Positions 12,908 through 26,427 of a stretch of 64,000 nucleotides of DNA are shown piece after piece. Both the position numbers and the translations under genes were made by a program. The notes under the pieces are model-generated. The model searched no databases. It saw nothing but the letters and a program-made list of their open reading frames with translations, and was not told the origin of the DNA. Position 1 is the stretch's first letter; the number at the start of each line of letters is the position of its first letter. The DNA is from Octopus sinensis (Eukaryota), in NCBI RefSeq assembly GCF_006345805.1, contig NC_043018.1:2232001-2296000 (forward strand). The letters run 5' to 3'.

Positions 12908-13283
12908 AGTGTGTATGTATGTATATACAGATATTAATATTTCGCCGAGGATTGGCGATGCTAATAAACTGGTGTAAGGACGTAATCATATACATAAGCT
13001 TCCGAACGAATCATCAGTCGTTTTCAGAGAGATAGCAAGAAATTGGAAATACAAACGAGAGCATAACTATGCTGGGTGCTTCATTAGCTTACAGCTGCTT
13101 CTGCTATAATGTGACATGCATTTATAGTTAAGTGCTTCAGTATCACACTATGGCTTCATGGAGCGTCAACCATGAAATGAGGAGTATGGGAAAATATTTA
13201 CGTTTATATATTTATATAGAAATGCATTACCAATGACAAAGCAAAAACGTATAGATGTTACAAGTATATATATATATATAATA

Positions 13284-13377
13284 TTAAATGGCTTATAAAC
13301 ACCTTCCACGCTGCAATTGTTTTCGTTTCAGCACACGATCTCAGATCAAATTTACTTGCTATGCGAGTACATCTCCG
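13284..13377 (+). mobile_element. 5'-truncated copy of PLE-type element P2 in (TA)n
   Basis: Near-identical to 26689-26781. Confidence 0.85.
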
Positions 13378-13435
13378 TAATATATATATAATATATATAT
13401 ATATTCTATATATATATTATATATAATATATATAT

Positions 13436-13764
13436 GGGAGTACTCCGTCGGTTACAATGTCGAGGGTCCCAGCTGATACGATCAACGGAACAGCTTGCTC
13501 GTGAAATTAGTGTGCATGTGGCTGAGCATTCCACAGACACGTGTACCCTTAAGGTAGTAGTTCGCAAGCAGATAAAGCGTGACACAGAGTGTGACAAGTG
13601 TGGCTGCTTTTTGAAATACAGGTACTACTCATTTTTGCCAGCTGAGTGGACTGGAGCAACGTGAAATAAAGTGTCTTGCTCAAGGACACAACGCGTCGCC
13701 GGGAATCGAACTCACATCTTTACGGTCATGAGACGAATCTCCTACCTACCAAGCCACGCGCCTT

Positions 13765-13765
<1 letters not shown>
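13436..13765 (-). mobile_element. tRNA-derived SINE family C2
   Basis: Head GAAGGCGCGTGGCTT..GAGTTCGATTCCC, body GTGTCCTTGAGCAAGACACTTT; second copy at 32267. Confidence 0.87.
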
Positions 13766-13830
<65 letters not shown>

Positions 13831-14410
13831 ATAAACCTTTACATAAATAAATAACGTGAAATACACGAAGGGACGAACATAAGAGACAGACGGGTCATTC
13901 CAAAGCCTTCGTTCTTCAGTCAAAAACCGATTCCTCATCGCAGATTTCGGCTGTTTAATTCTGAGATCTGCTCTGAATCGGCCAACCCCAGAAGGAAGAA
14001 TGCAACGCAACAAAGACAACATGAAATGAAAAAAAACTTTTGAAGACAGGTAACGGTTAAAAACAGGATAACAAAGGCGCCCTACGGCTTTGAGACAAAA
14101 GGGAGACACAAAAACAATTTATCAGCAAGCGTGGAAAAATAATTACCCATCCACAATGAGTAAAGATCTTTTACTACCATGTTTTTACTGATGAAATTTA
14201 CATCTTTGTCTATATACCTACCCTCGTTGTAATGTTGGCAAATGGAATAAGTATAAAAACGAACATTGTCAATTTAATTAAAAATTCCATATGTGGATGA
14301 AGATTGCTTTACATTTTAAAACTGATTTAATACTTACATTGTTTAATTAAATGAAGTAGCATGAAACGATTGTACTACACTACCTTTGGATATCTCTGTT
14401 GCTTATTTTG

Positions 14411-14444
<34 letters not shown>

Positions 14445-14486
14445 CATAATTAAATCCCAGAATGAGATTGAAACAGTAATCACTCG

Positions 14487-14746
14487 ATAATGTAAAGTAT
14501 AGAAGCCATCTTAACATGGCTAACCACATAGGGGAGGTGGTGTTACAAGGGATAAAATCCCGAAACTGGTCCGAGCGTATCACTCAGGCTTGCGAGAAAG
14601 GGATGGCCTCCCTTTACAAATACTTCAAGGGCACTGAAATGGTGTCTAAAGCCAGCTGGAGACGACGATCTCCTGGGGCTATAAAGCTACAGTAACACCC
14701 CCTCCCCTATGTGGTTAGCCATGTTAAGATGGCTTCTATACTTTAC

Positions 14747-14751
<5 letters not shown>
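14487..14751 (+). mobile_element. PLE-type element P4: 60-bp inverted repeat enclosing a 5'-truncated hammerhead
   Basis: Arms at 14487-14546 and 14692-14751; GGGAT-aaa-ATCCC-GAAAC-tg-GTC at 14549-14571. Confidence 0.7.
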
Positions 14752-14783
<32 letters not shown>

Positions 14784-14787
14784 GATA

Positions 14788-14978
14788 GATCGTTAGCCAC
14801 TACACACGTTATTTTCTCTCCTTGTTTCTCTCCTTGTTTTTCTGTGTATCTTTCTGTAGAAGAGCGTATGCTCGAAACGTAAACGACGTTTTCTATTCCT
14901 GAGCGTTATACTAATACATCTGTTTGTTTTGAACACCACCTGTCTTCGTCTTTGGTTTATTTTCGTAAACTTTCCCTT
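14788..14978 (+). mobile_element. PLE-type element P1 with hammerhead motif (14850-14885)
   Basis: CTGTAGA-A-GAGC-gtat-GCTC-GAAAC-GTA; (TA)n on both sides. Confidence 0.72.
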
Positions 14979-14985
14979 TATAATA

Positions 14986-15016
<31 letters not shown>

Positions 15017-15093
15017 GATATATAATTTATTTTTCATTTTATCTAGTTTCAGCTCATGAGCTGTGGCCATGCCGGGACACCGCCATTTATATA

Positions 15094-15134
<41 letters not shown>

Positions 15135-16430
15135 GTATATATTCGCCCATACCTATGAGTAACCAAATTGTAACTTAAATGCGCATCGCTTACTGCTTCA
15201 CAGAATTAAAATCACGGTGGCCAATCCTTCAGACTGCTTGGACTTGGAGCGATATTTATTGCCGATTCCTCCATTAATATCTTAAGGATAATACAGACTG
15301 GATAATGTCAATTACTACAATACATTCTACGGCAATCAATCCGTAACTTCATTAAAGTGTTCGACAGAGTCAATTTTCTTTTGTGTCTCGTTAGCCGAGT
15401 TACTACTGCATAAGGCAAATTAACTGACAACAAACCCGTGACATCCATCCGAATCACCAACACTTTTATTCAGTCAACCAATACCTTTTATTATCCACGA
15501 TCTAATGACCCACGACATGACCTCACAATTTGCCAACTCATAGTCTATTCTTGCATCGCGTCATTGATTTCCAATTTGAATTCCTGCCTCCGTCTTTTCA
15601 CTTACGCTTAACTTGTAACCGATAGCTCTTAACTTTTCCTTTTAGTTTTCGCAGTCAATTTTAACTTGTTGGAAATCTATTGAAACCACTATAAAACCAT
15701 CACAATTAAATTTTATAACCATATTCTTGAATGAATTAATATTACACTTTTTTTTTGCCACATTTCCTTTCTATTCCATAAGATTTGATGTGATTCACAT
15801 ATGGAAAAGCGATAAGTGCTCTTTCCTCTTCTAAGTCTGCATACATTTCCGTTTGTAATTAGAATTTTCGTAAGAATACAATTAAACTTATTGCTGACAA
15901 TAGCACCGCCTTAACAATCAGCTGTGAAATATGCCTTCCCTGATATTGATTTTTCTGTTTGGAAGTTCCATGATCGGAAATCTAATGTGGCGTCCAATTA
16001 TACAAGTATATAGACTTAAAAAAAGAGATTATGGAAGTTACAATTTATGAGACTTTCATTACACTTAATATAATGGTATTGATCTACTGTTCATATGGAT
16101 AGAGTTTCTGTTGTGGTTAACGTTCTTTTAGTCACCGATGACGTTTTAGTTACTAATGCAGTTTTATGGTGTCCTGTTATTCGTTTATAGTGTTTCAATG
16201 CGGCCATACTGGAACACCAGATGCAGGGTTTGAAATGTATGACAGGAAAGGAAAAAGAAACCTGTTAGAATGCTTTGTATTTATCGACATGTTCAGCAGA
16301 GCCTTTAAGGCAAAAAGACCGCATTTACACACATAAATGTAAACGCACGCGGTGAGCCAGATCGCGGATACAAAAACACACACCATGACGAACGCAGACA
16401 TTTCGTTACACAGATGTATATAGAGGGAAG

Positions 16431-16461
<31 letters not shown>

Positions 16462-16558
16462 TGTGTATGTATATGTCTATATGTACGTGTGTGTCTCTGT
16501 GTGTGTGCGTGCACTTCCTTATCTAACAAGCTATCTATCTATATACATATATATATTC

Positions 16559-16619
<61 letters not shown>

Positions 16620-16770
16620 TATATATACGTATGTATATATATGTATATTTATATGTATGTATATATATATACGTATGTATATATATATATATGTATATTT
16701 ATATGTATGTATATATATATATATATATATATACATATATATACATATATATATATAATGTATATATGTA

Positions 16771-16845
<75 letters not shown>

Positions 16846-17336
16846 AAGTTAATCCAAACAAGAAAGCACAAAAACAACACAACAACGCGAGGACGTGGTA
16901 CAAATATAGTATTATTGGACGCTCAGGAATACATTTTTTCTCATTTTTCTCATCTCCTTCCTCTTTTCCCCCTTCATCTTTCTCCCCTTCCTTTTCTTCC
17001 TCCTCCCTCTTCCTCTTCTTCTTTAATCCACACACCCTCCTGACATAATCTCCACCCCATTTACTCATCCCATAACCATACATTTTGTTATTTTTTTTGT
17101 TTCCTCCCAACGTAAGCACACCCACAAAAAAAAAACAAGATCTGGAAAATGTACAAGTCGCAGCACACTCTTGATGCCAGTCTGAAGAAGTACCTCTAAA
17201 ACCGCAAACAGTACGTAAATTTTCACTTCGAATTTTTGCAGAAGCCGGCGTTGCAAATAGAATTTGCGCAGAAACAATTGCAACGAATCATTAATGATGT
17301 GTTACAGAATTTTCTTTGTCTCCTTGTCATTTGTAT

Positions 17337-17376
<40 letters not shown>

Positions 17377-18782
17377 GTATGTACATGTTCTTTTTCCCTT
17401 TAATGTTTCTCTTTATTTTACTTATGTTAATCCCTGTATTGCAGCTTTGCTCGGCAACCAGATCGCCTTCAAGCGTTTTCAGCGAACGTTTTTATGTTTG
17501 AAGTCTGTAAATTGGCAAACTGCTATATTACAGGGACGTCAATACACCTTAACTTGTCATCAATTGTTGTTGTTGTTGTTGTTAGTGTTGGCGGGGCACA
17601 GCCACAAGTAGATATGGGTGAACACACTCAGTACGAACTTAAATGCTACCCAGTTCATTCACAGGGAATAGATCAGCGCGTAGCCACAGTACGAATCACT
17701 CCCCAATCTTCTGCAAGATGGCACTGAACTCCCAAAGCGAGCTTCTTAACCACACGATCATATATGTATTTCTGTACAGTTTGTATTGCAAATTACTTTC
17801 GTGTGGTAATAATATTAAAAGAGTCAAAGTTCTTAAATGCGTCAATGTTTTTAACTGATTCTATCACGTATAGGAAATACCATCTCATGTATATTTAGTT
17901 GACAAAACATTGCTGCGAGTTATTTAGCCTTTTGCTATAGTGTTCATGAACTATTAACGTGCAGTGTGTCGTTTTATGAGGTTACAATATGTGCCTGAGA
18001 AAATGCAGTGTGATGTGTTTCGATGTTTAATCAACTACATCAGGAATTTAATTTACATTTAGATGTAAATTAAATTCACGATTATGCAAAGCCCTGGAAG
18101 CTATCAAATAGAATTTGCTACAGCACTCATCCTATCGTCGACACCTTCAAAGCTTACTTTAACTCGTGCGCAAGAATTCCTGATGTAGAATATAATAGAA
18201 GCAAACAAATGCACAACAATTTCTGTTATTCGCTTTATACAATCAAGATTTTTAGAACACCGTGTTAAGAGCACCAACAGTCATTCACCGAAACTCTTTG
18301 CTACAATTCTATTTTGTATTTTCAAGGGTACACTTTAATAACAGAGCCGCTAATAAAGGCAGTTGACATGTTTTGGTGGGAAATAAATTTTCTAAATTAA
18401 TCAAAGTTCATTAATAGAATAGCTGTGAAAATATTGTGTAATAATTAGTTGAGCTGATGTCGTAATGACAGGATTCTAATCAAGACAAATAGACAATGTA
18501 ATGATGATGCAGGTATTTAAGTGAAGCTAAATTTCATTAAATATTTTAAGCATTCTCTTTAATAATTGTCATTAACTGGGATTCTGCAATATTGTTAATT
18601 CATTTACTCGTACTGTAACAGCTTCCTTATCGTGGAAATGATCAAATAAAAACGACACACATTTTGCATCTCTTTCTTTAGTAATCTCTTGATTGCTTAG
18701 GGGTTTGACTTTTCGCAAAGAACTTGCTGATGCAAATGATGCCAGTTGAAAGCACCGGATACCACATGCTACAAAACTTATG

Positions 18783-19028
18783 CAGTCATCAGGAGAGAAT
18801 GTGCGACGTTTCAGGACCTTTCTCTTGACGGATGTATTGCGCACTGGCACCACTCGCTTCGATGAGACCCCTCTTGGCAGATCTTCTCGTTAGTAGCTTT
18901 CAATCCAGTCATCAAGAGAGAATTCGCGCCGTTTCGGGACCTTCCTCTCGAAGCTATTATTGCGCACCTGCTCAACTCGCTTAGATGAGACCCCTCTTGC
19001 TAGACCCTCTGGTTAGTAGGTTTCGCTC
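18783..19028. repeat. Diverged 123-bp tandem duplication
   Basis: Units 18783-18905 and 18906-19028, roughly 80% identical by eye with no indels. Confidence 0.85.
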
Positions 19029-19184
19029 AATATTCTTCTAAACATTGCACATCGTCATTTTATAACCAAATCCCTTAACTTGCCTTTTCCACATTACTAA
19101 AACTGAAACGGGTAGTCCTTACAAAAAGTTCATTCTCTTCGCTCGTTGGAAGATATAAGTTTGATATCCTTATCTTTTTTTATT

Positions 19185-19530
19185 TTCTACTTGAGGAACT
19201 TTTAGGCGAATGAATCGACGCCACTTTTTTAAGCCTCCTATATCCCCGTTAATTTATAGGGACGTAAACACGCCAACATCGATTGCCCAACGGTGATGTG
19301 GGACAAACAAGGATGCAAACACGCACCCCCCTTACACAGGCAATCACATATACACATTCACGTACACACATTCACATATACACGACGATTTTCTTTCAGC
19401 TTCCGTCGTTGACCAAAAAAGCTTTAGTGCTTTCGAGGCTGTAATAAAAGACACTTCTCGAAGTTGCCACGCAGTGATACTGAACCCGGGACCATGAGGT
19501 TTGAAAACAAATTTCTTACCACACATCCAC
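19185..19530 (-). mobile_element. Degenerate SINE family A
   Basis: GGACGTAAACAC, TTTCAGCTTCCGTC and ACTGAACCCGGGACCATG blocks. Confidence 0.75.
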
Positions 19531-19799
19531 GTTTTTTAACACGATTGCATTGAGCTTAGTGAGAAAATATATTTTAACATTCCTTGTTCTCATCACACCG
19601 CGAACTACTATGTCACCCTTAACGACAACGCCTTATTCAATCCGCCAATCTTGGAATTTTCTTCTCCCTTAATGTGATAATTTGATATTTTAGTTGCGGT
19701 TGATGCTACTAGATTTTGCTTCGGAAAATAATGAATAATTTGAACAAGAACAACAACAGAAATAGCAGCAGCAGCGGCAACAGCAACAGCAACATCATC

Positions 19800-19867
<68 letters not shown>

Positions 19868-21189
19868 CGACAATAACAACAACAAAGCAGAAGTAATAAT
19901 AACGCAACAATGAGAATGACAACAGCAAAATGCTCTAAAATCATAGACTTGTCATATCTTGTTAACCTGTGTTAACGCCCAGTAATGAGTTGCTAATTTG
20001 CAAATTTGATAATGACTTTTAAATGAAGGGTTTTAATATAAAATGCTATCATTCGATATTATTGCGAAATACGTTTTGCGACTTATGTTAATCTCTTATT
20101 CATTGATTATTATTTTTATTTTGCTTAAATTTAAGTGACTTTCATAATATGATATTGAAGGGAGATTTTCATTTAAATTCCATTCCGTGTCGGTGCAAAA
20201 CCTAGCGGGTATAACAGCAAATACGCCTGTCATGGATTTACAATCAAAAACAAAAGAGGCGCTGTCATTAGCTTTTGAAGGATGCTGTTTTTATGCGGTG
20301 GTTAGATCAGTTCTTTTGCAGAAAAACGTATAATTAAAGCCAGTGAAGTTAGAAGCAACGCATTTGTTTCTGTGACGTTATGGCATGATTTAACACTAGT
20401 GTGGCTACTATTTCTAGAAAATATTCTCACTAACTAAAGTCCTCTCGTTGGATCGTTAGTCATACGTTTGATGTAGTTTTTGTTGCGATTTTTTCCCTAA
20501 GCCTGCTTTAATGAAATGAAACTAAAATAGCACATCTCGTTTTTCGGTATTCTAAATATTGGTCTACATTATTAGTTTCAACTGTTTTTAAGTCAGTATG
20601 ATATATTTAAGGGAGAATTGAGCCCTAGTTCGAGCTAGTCCATAAACAATTGAGAGACCCCCTCTTTGGCTAGATGTGTAGTAGCGTATGGAAAGGTAGT
20701 GAGGAGCAGACGTGTAACATATTGTTAGTACAGAGCGTTGAGGTTTTGTGTTGCAGAGCGGCGTTGTAAGGTGCAGTGTAGTGGTTATCTTGGTGAGGTG
20801 TAGTGTCGCACTGAAAAGTATAAGGTGAAATGTAGTAAAGCAATGAGGTGCGGTACAGTGTAGTACATTACCAGAGTATGGTGTACTGTGATATATTGGT
20901 GTAATATGATGTTATTTATTATAACACTGTATTCATACGTATTCATCAATAGAACAGCATCGATGGCTTAGAGAGGGACGTTTTACAAGCGTGGTATACA
21001 TGTGAATGTAATACAAGTCCTTACCTGTAAATGAACAGTCTCCTTGACATACGAGATCCCAGGTGAGAGTGATTTAAAGGAGATCCTGTTTAAATTTTCC
21101 AATTATTCTACGGCTTTACACATTATTGTATGGTTATCTACGTTACAGTTTTGTGGTACGAATATATTCTAGCCTTCGGTTGATAATGT

Positions 21190-21370
21190 ATTCTAATTTT
21201 GGCACAGAGCCATCAATTTTGAGGGAACGGGGTAGTCGATTACATCATACCCGGAAAGGATGAAAGATACAGCTGGCTACGGCTGAATTTGAACGCAGAA
21301 CGTAAGGAGACGGAGGAAACGCCGCTAAGCAATTTGTCCGACGTGCTTACGATTCTATCCGCTCACCGCT
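21190..21370 (-). mobile_element. Degenerate SINE family B
   Basis: GAAAGGATGAAAG..GAATTTGAAC..CCGCTAAGCA. Confidence 0.7.
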
Positions 21371-23903
21371 TTAAGATTTCTCTTAATTATGGTTTCTTTT
21401 GAAATTGTAAAGACATTCTTTTGTGGAACAAGTGAAACAGAATATTAATGGTAATATAACACCTTCGCTTTTACTTCCCAGAGATCCGGCAACGTACCAG
21501 AAACCTTCCTCTCATACAGTGTGAATGTTGCCATACCAAAAACTAATCCACACCCGATGTCGGTAGTAATATTTAATCGATTTTCGTTTTTTTCTTCCTT
21601 TTTCTTAATGCTAAATACCGAATCTCATCTTTTGTTTAGAGTAGCGTACTCTGCTTCGGACTTAGGGATGAAGTTTACTTCGATAATTATTTCCGATGTC
21701 AGAGAGGGAACAACTATTGATCTAGGGACAAATATTGCACCGATTTTCACATTCATCCATGTGAAATCCCGGAAACCTATTTTTGTTATACTAGTGTATT
21801 CTGCTTGACACGTATGAAGGAGGCTTATTTCGATACTTCATAAGATTGTTGAAGATTACTACTGGATGTCATTTGTGATACAAGCCATTGTTGTTGGTTT
21901 ATCGTATCTAGATTGATGTCCTGTTGTTACGTATTAGAATCACGCCATTTTCAAGTTAATGCTCTCATCCTTGTAGAGGTGTTGGAAATAGTATCACTAA
22001 GATTCAATTATCTCTCTCACTTCTGCAAATTATGCTTCTTCGATATCAAAAGAAACCATTATTGGCAGAAGCCTAGAATAAATGCTTGCCACAGGACTGA
22101 AATCTTGCCGAAGTTTGAGCTATTCAGCCAGGAAAGCATTGTCAGAATGCATATATTGCAGGTTTAATTAGAAAGGTAAACACACTCTACTTTAATCCGT
22201 TGTATTCAGGTGTCCTTACTGAATGCACACGCAAGATATTGCTATTCTGCATCATCAACCGCTGAAGAATTTTCTCTGTATATATCCACGAAATGTTAGT
22301 TTTTGCTTTTACTAGTCGTATGTATCTATGGCATACATAGTAACGGAAAACAGGGACGATGCATTAGATCATGCAGTTACTCCTGGGAAAAATTCATTTT
22401 GCCTACTTGTTTTATTTTCAACGTTGGATCCGCAAGGAAATAAGCTATAAGTAATAGCGTGTTAATGTTAGGTTAAAAAAACATTGGCTAAAAAAACGAA
22501 AGGCTGCTTGTGGGACACGGAGCCAACACTTTCGCCATAAAAAGCATCCACCCATGCGATTAATGTCGATAAAATTTCTCTATTTTAGAAATTTTATTCT
22601 TACCAGAGAGAACTGCTGCTGGGGACAAGTTTCCTTTGGAACGGTAGATCTCGAAGTAAATAAATCCAATACATGATAGTATTTATAGTTTTATTGCTCG
22701 AGATCTCAAAAAAAACAAACAATTAGTGTCTCGTTCTGTCAAAGTTTATAAATTCTTTGTATTGTTATGACTAGAGTACTTTTGATCAGGGTTGATCTGT
22801 TGTTATAGAAAAATAATGTAAATAACAATAACACCTTTTAAAACAAAACCAACAGTTTTGCGAAAATGGATAACCGAATAAGTTTTTGGCAATATTTTTA
22901 CAGACATTTGAAGGACAATAGGCACACTTGGATAATTGAGAGTCTTCTTCGATGAAAATTTATCCAGCGTTGCACCTAAAAGCGCGAATAATTGTTCAGC
23001 ATTAATCAATGAAGGACATACGAAAGCGTTAGTAATATTTTATACTATCTCCTGTTTGGTAGCATCGAAAATTTGGAACTTTGGACTAACCATGCGAAAT
23101 TCAACCTTTCACATTCTTGCGTGTGGTGCGTGTAAATGTCATCGTTTCTTCCGTGAGTTCAAGAGGTTTCTCCTAACTTCACTGATCTCGTCACATTTAT
23201 TGCCGTTATTAATAATCTTGTTTAGCTACAGCTCATCTACATCTGTTACATGATTTAAAATGGCCCAACTGTGGCAATAAAACCATTCTGCTCATCAATA
23301 TCTACAATGTTCAATGTGTCCTTCCTGTTTCTCCCAATGCTATGACCTTTGTGATTTAAGAGGGTTTTATTGACAACAAACAGCTGATCTTGCTCCTTTG
23401 TTAGTTATTATTCCGGTTGTTGTTACACTTGCTGGAGCCGCTGCTGTTTTTGGATGTGACCTATCGTAGCTGTTGGACCTAATGTTGCTTGTGAAATTGC
23501 TACGGTTCATTTACTATTGCTGTTAGCATTTCTACTACTAATCTTTTAATCTGTTCTTCGATGGAAGAAGAGCAGATTTTCCGTGCAGCGGCTCAGAGAA
23601 TAATGTCCAGGGTTTCTGAGAATAACGGGGCGAAATTATAGCAAGAGTAAAAACCTTGCAGGAAGGCAGGTAATAGCGCTGACTCCGCTTAACTACGTGC
23701 ATCTGATTAATGGTGAGATTAAAGCAAGAGATGAGTTAATATTCTCGACAACAGGCAAAAAATTATGGCGAGGAGATTCGCACGAGCAATTTTCAGTTGA
23801 CGTGGAGTTGAAGAAGACGACGACAATGGCAACGAAGAAGAAAAAAGAAAGCGAAGAAGGAGAAGGAGAATAATAATAATAATAATAATAATAATGATAC
23901 TGC

Positions 23904-23942
<39 letters not shown>

Positions 23943-24162
23943 GGAGAAGAAGAAGAAGAAGAAGAAGAAGAAGAAGGAGAAGGAGAGAAGAAGTAGAAGG
24001 AGAAGGAGAAGAAGGAGGAAGAGGAGAAGAAAAGAAGAAGAAGAAGAAGAAGAGAGTAAATTGAAATAGAGAATGATGATTATGGCGATGATAATGATGT
24101 TGATGATGACTGTAATTAGTTGCAGCAGTCACAGTTGCACTGGTAGTATGAGTATCATCATC

Positions 24163-24196
<34 letters not shown>

Positions 24197-25810
24197 TTTG
24201 TAGTAGTAGTGGTAATAGTAGTAGTGGTAGTAGTAGTGGTAGTGGTATTAGTAGTAGTAGTGGTACTAGTAGTAGTACTAGTAATAGTAATGGTACTAGT
24301 AGTAGTAGTAGTACCATTGCGGCAGCCATGGCGTTCATAAACCTTGTTATAAAATGTCTGTTTAATATTAATCCCGATGGTCGTGATAGCGAAATGACAC
24401 ATCCAGGTGGCTTCCAAGCATTTTTACTGAATCATTTATTCGTACACCAAAGGTATTTTAATTAATTGCATTATGAGCTGACGAGAAAGCGTCACCGTGC
24501 TTGGGCGATGTGCTAGAAAGGTAGCAAAATCGCGCCTCAAATGTGCATTGCCGCCTTAATTAGCAAATTATTCATGTGATAACTTATTGTTTCGGTGCTT
24601 TCATGTATTTACAACTACGTTAATAATACTTTCTTTCTTATGCAAGCGTAGAATACACGATGCCAACCGACCCCCTACCTGCACCTTGCAACAACCTTTC
24701 TGGCAAAAGGAACGTTGTGTACAACCTTATTTGATTTGATGCTATCAATACAAACAGGGTGAAAAGAATCACTTTTAATTACCATTTCTTCAGAGATTTC
24801 ATTCCTCGCAAAATCAAATTAGGTTTCCGTGGTCTCTTATTCATGAGATCCTTGCGCTATAAACTTTGAATTACAGCTTAAGCTTTCCAGGTCGCTGTTC
24901 TAATCGAAAATATTAGGAGCTTAGAAACTAAACATCTATTGACGCTACAAATAATAACGATGAAATTGGTTTCTATCAACTGCACGTGAAGGCTACCTTA
25001 TAGTACCAAGTCTTGATGGGATCTTTTTCTTCTCCTTCGTCACAAAATAATGAAGTGCTTCGACCGATTGCAACATTCAGATGACATGCTTACTCGTTCA
25101 AATATATTCAAGGATGGGCATGGCGAGACCTCTTCTCACATTACCAGAGTTGGGAGTCACGACATTTATGAAGTTGTCACGTGCTGGTTTTGTTCATATC
25201 GCAGCTCCTCTTCGCTGCATTTATTTCTCCTCAGTTTCTCTAAATTCCCAAGAAGGTCGTTTTCAAACACGAGGTTTTGAGTTCAGTCCCACTGTACAAT
25301 AGCCCCATGTTCACCAATGCTTTGTAACTGAATTTGGAAGACGGCAAGTGTGTTCAAGTGTGTATACGTTATATACATTCTTTTCTTCTTTTATTATTTT
25401 TCTTGTTTCAATAATTTGACTGCGGCCATGCTGGGGCGCCTTATTTTATCCATCCGAAAGGATGAAATGCAAAACCGACTGCGGGCGAATTTGAACTATA
25501 GACGTAATGTGTTGGAAGCATTGTTTCATAACACAAACAATGTCCACAACACTTTAAGGGGCTTAAAACCGATCCCTTTGCCCCAGAGTGAACTGAAAAC
25601 CCAGCAGAGGATGAAATACACATTTCGCTCCTGCGCGACTCGTACTCGTATTATGAATCGGAACAAAAATGAATAGAATATATATATATATATACACATA
25701 TATATTGCTATTCATATATATATATATAGTTGATTACCACTGTTTTTTTTGTGATATTTTTGTGATTATTTTGTAGCTTTAATAATAAAGTGTGTGTGTA
25801 TATATATATA

Positions 25811-26064
25811 TTAGGAAGTTAAATATTATGGCCGGGCATAGAGTGACCATTGGTTTCGCATCTATAAGATGTTTAACAGTATAATCGACTGGTCAGATTC
25901 AAATTCAAATAGCGAAGGTGTATCACCGTTCTACTCCTGGAGGAAGAAATACGTAACGTTCCATTCTAGAGACGTTAAAAGCATTCGGCTATTTGAATCT
26001 GACGAGTAGACTATACAGCCAAGTACCTTATAGGTATGACCGGCCATAACTTTTAAGTTCCTAA
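25811..26064. mobile_element. MITE with long imperfect TIRs in (TA)n
   Basis: TTAGGAAGTTAAATATTATGGCCGGGCATA vs reverse complement TTAGGAACTTAAAAGTTATGGCCGGTCATA; inner GTCAGATTCAAAT is also mirrored. Confidence 0.8.
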
Positions 26065-26427
26065 TATATATATTGCTGCTGTAATACTTTAGACTGTGCT
26101 TTTTCTTCGAGTATATGAACTACTGACGATATATACCTATTACGGAATTCGCCCTCGGATAATCGAAAAGAATAAAGAACATTTTTGTTAGTTACATTAA
26201 ACAACTTCTTTTATATCAATACCTTTAAATAAAACAGAAGAGTTGGTGTATGTCACCAATATACTAGTATAATATTATTTATATTTATTTACACGCTTTA
26301 TTACAGTCTCTAGATTAAGTATGACCCTGACACTTATTTATATGCCCATATATTGTTGTGTGTTATGATAGGCAAAGATTTTCTTCGACCTAAACGAATT
26401 TGGATTAATATTATTTGATATATATAT

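Noticed and set aside
13075-13145. Minus-strand GAAGCAGCTGTA resembling a PLE hammerhead stem III
   Set aside because: GAAA is mutated and there is no correctly placed CUGANGA or stem I
13830-14110. Repeat-like segment with hairpins and CTGAAGA on the minus strand
   Set aside because: No GAAA/stem III arrangement; family could not be assigned
18786-18915. CTGATGA and GAAAC motifs in the 123-bp repeat as a type II hammerhead
   Set aside because: Spacing is too short and stems could not be formed
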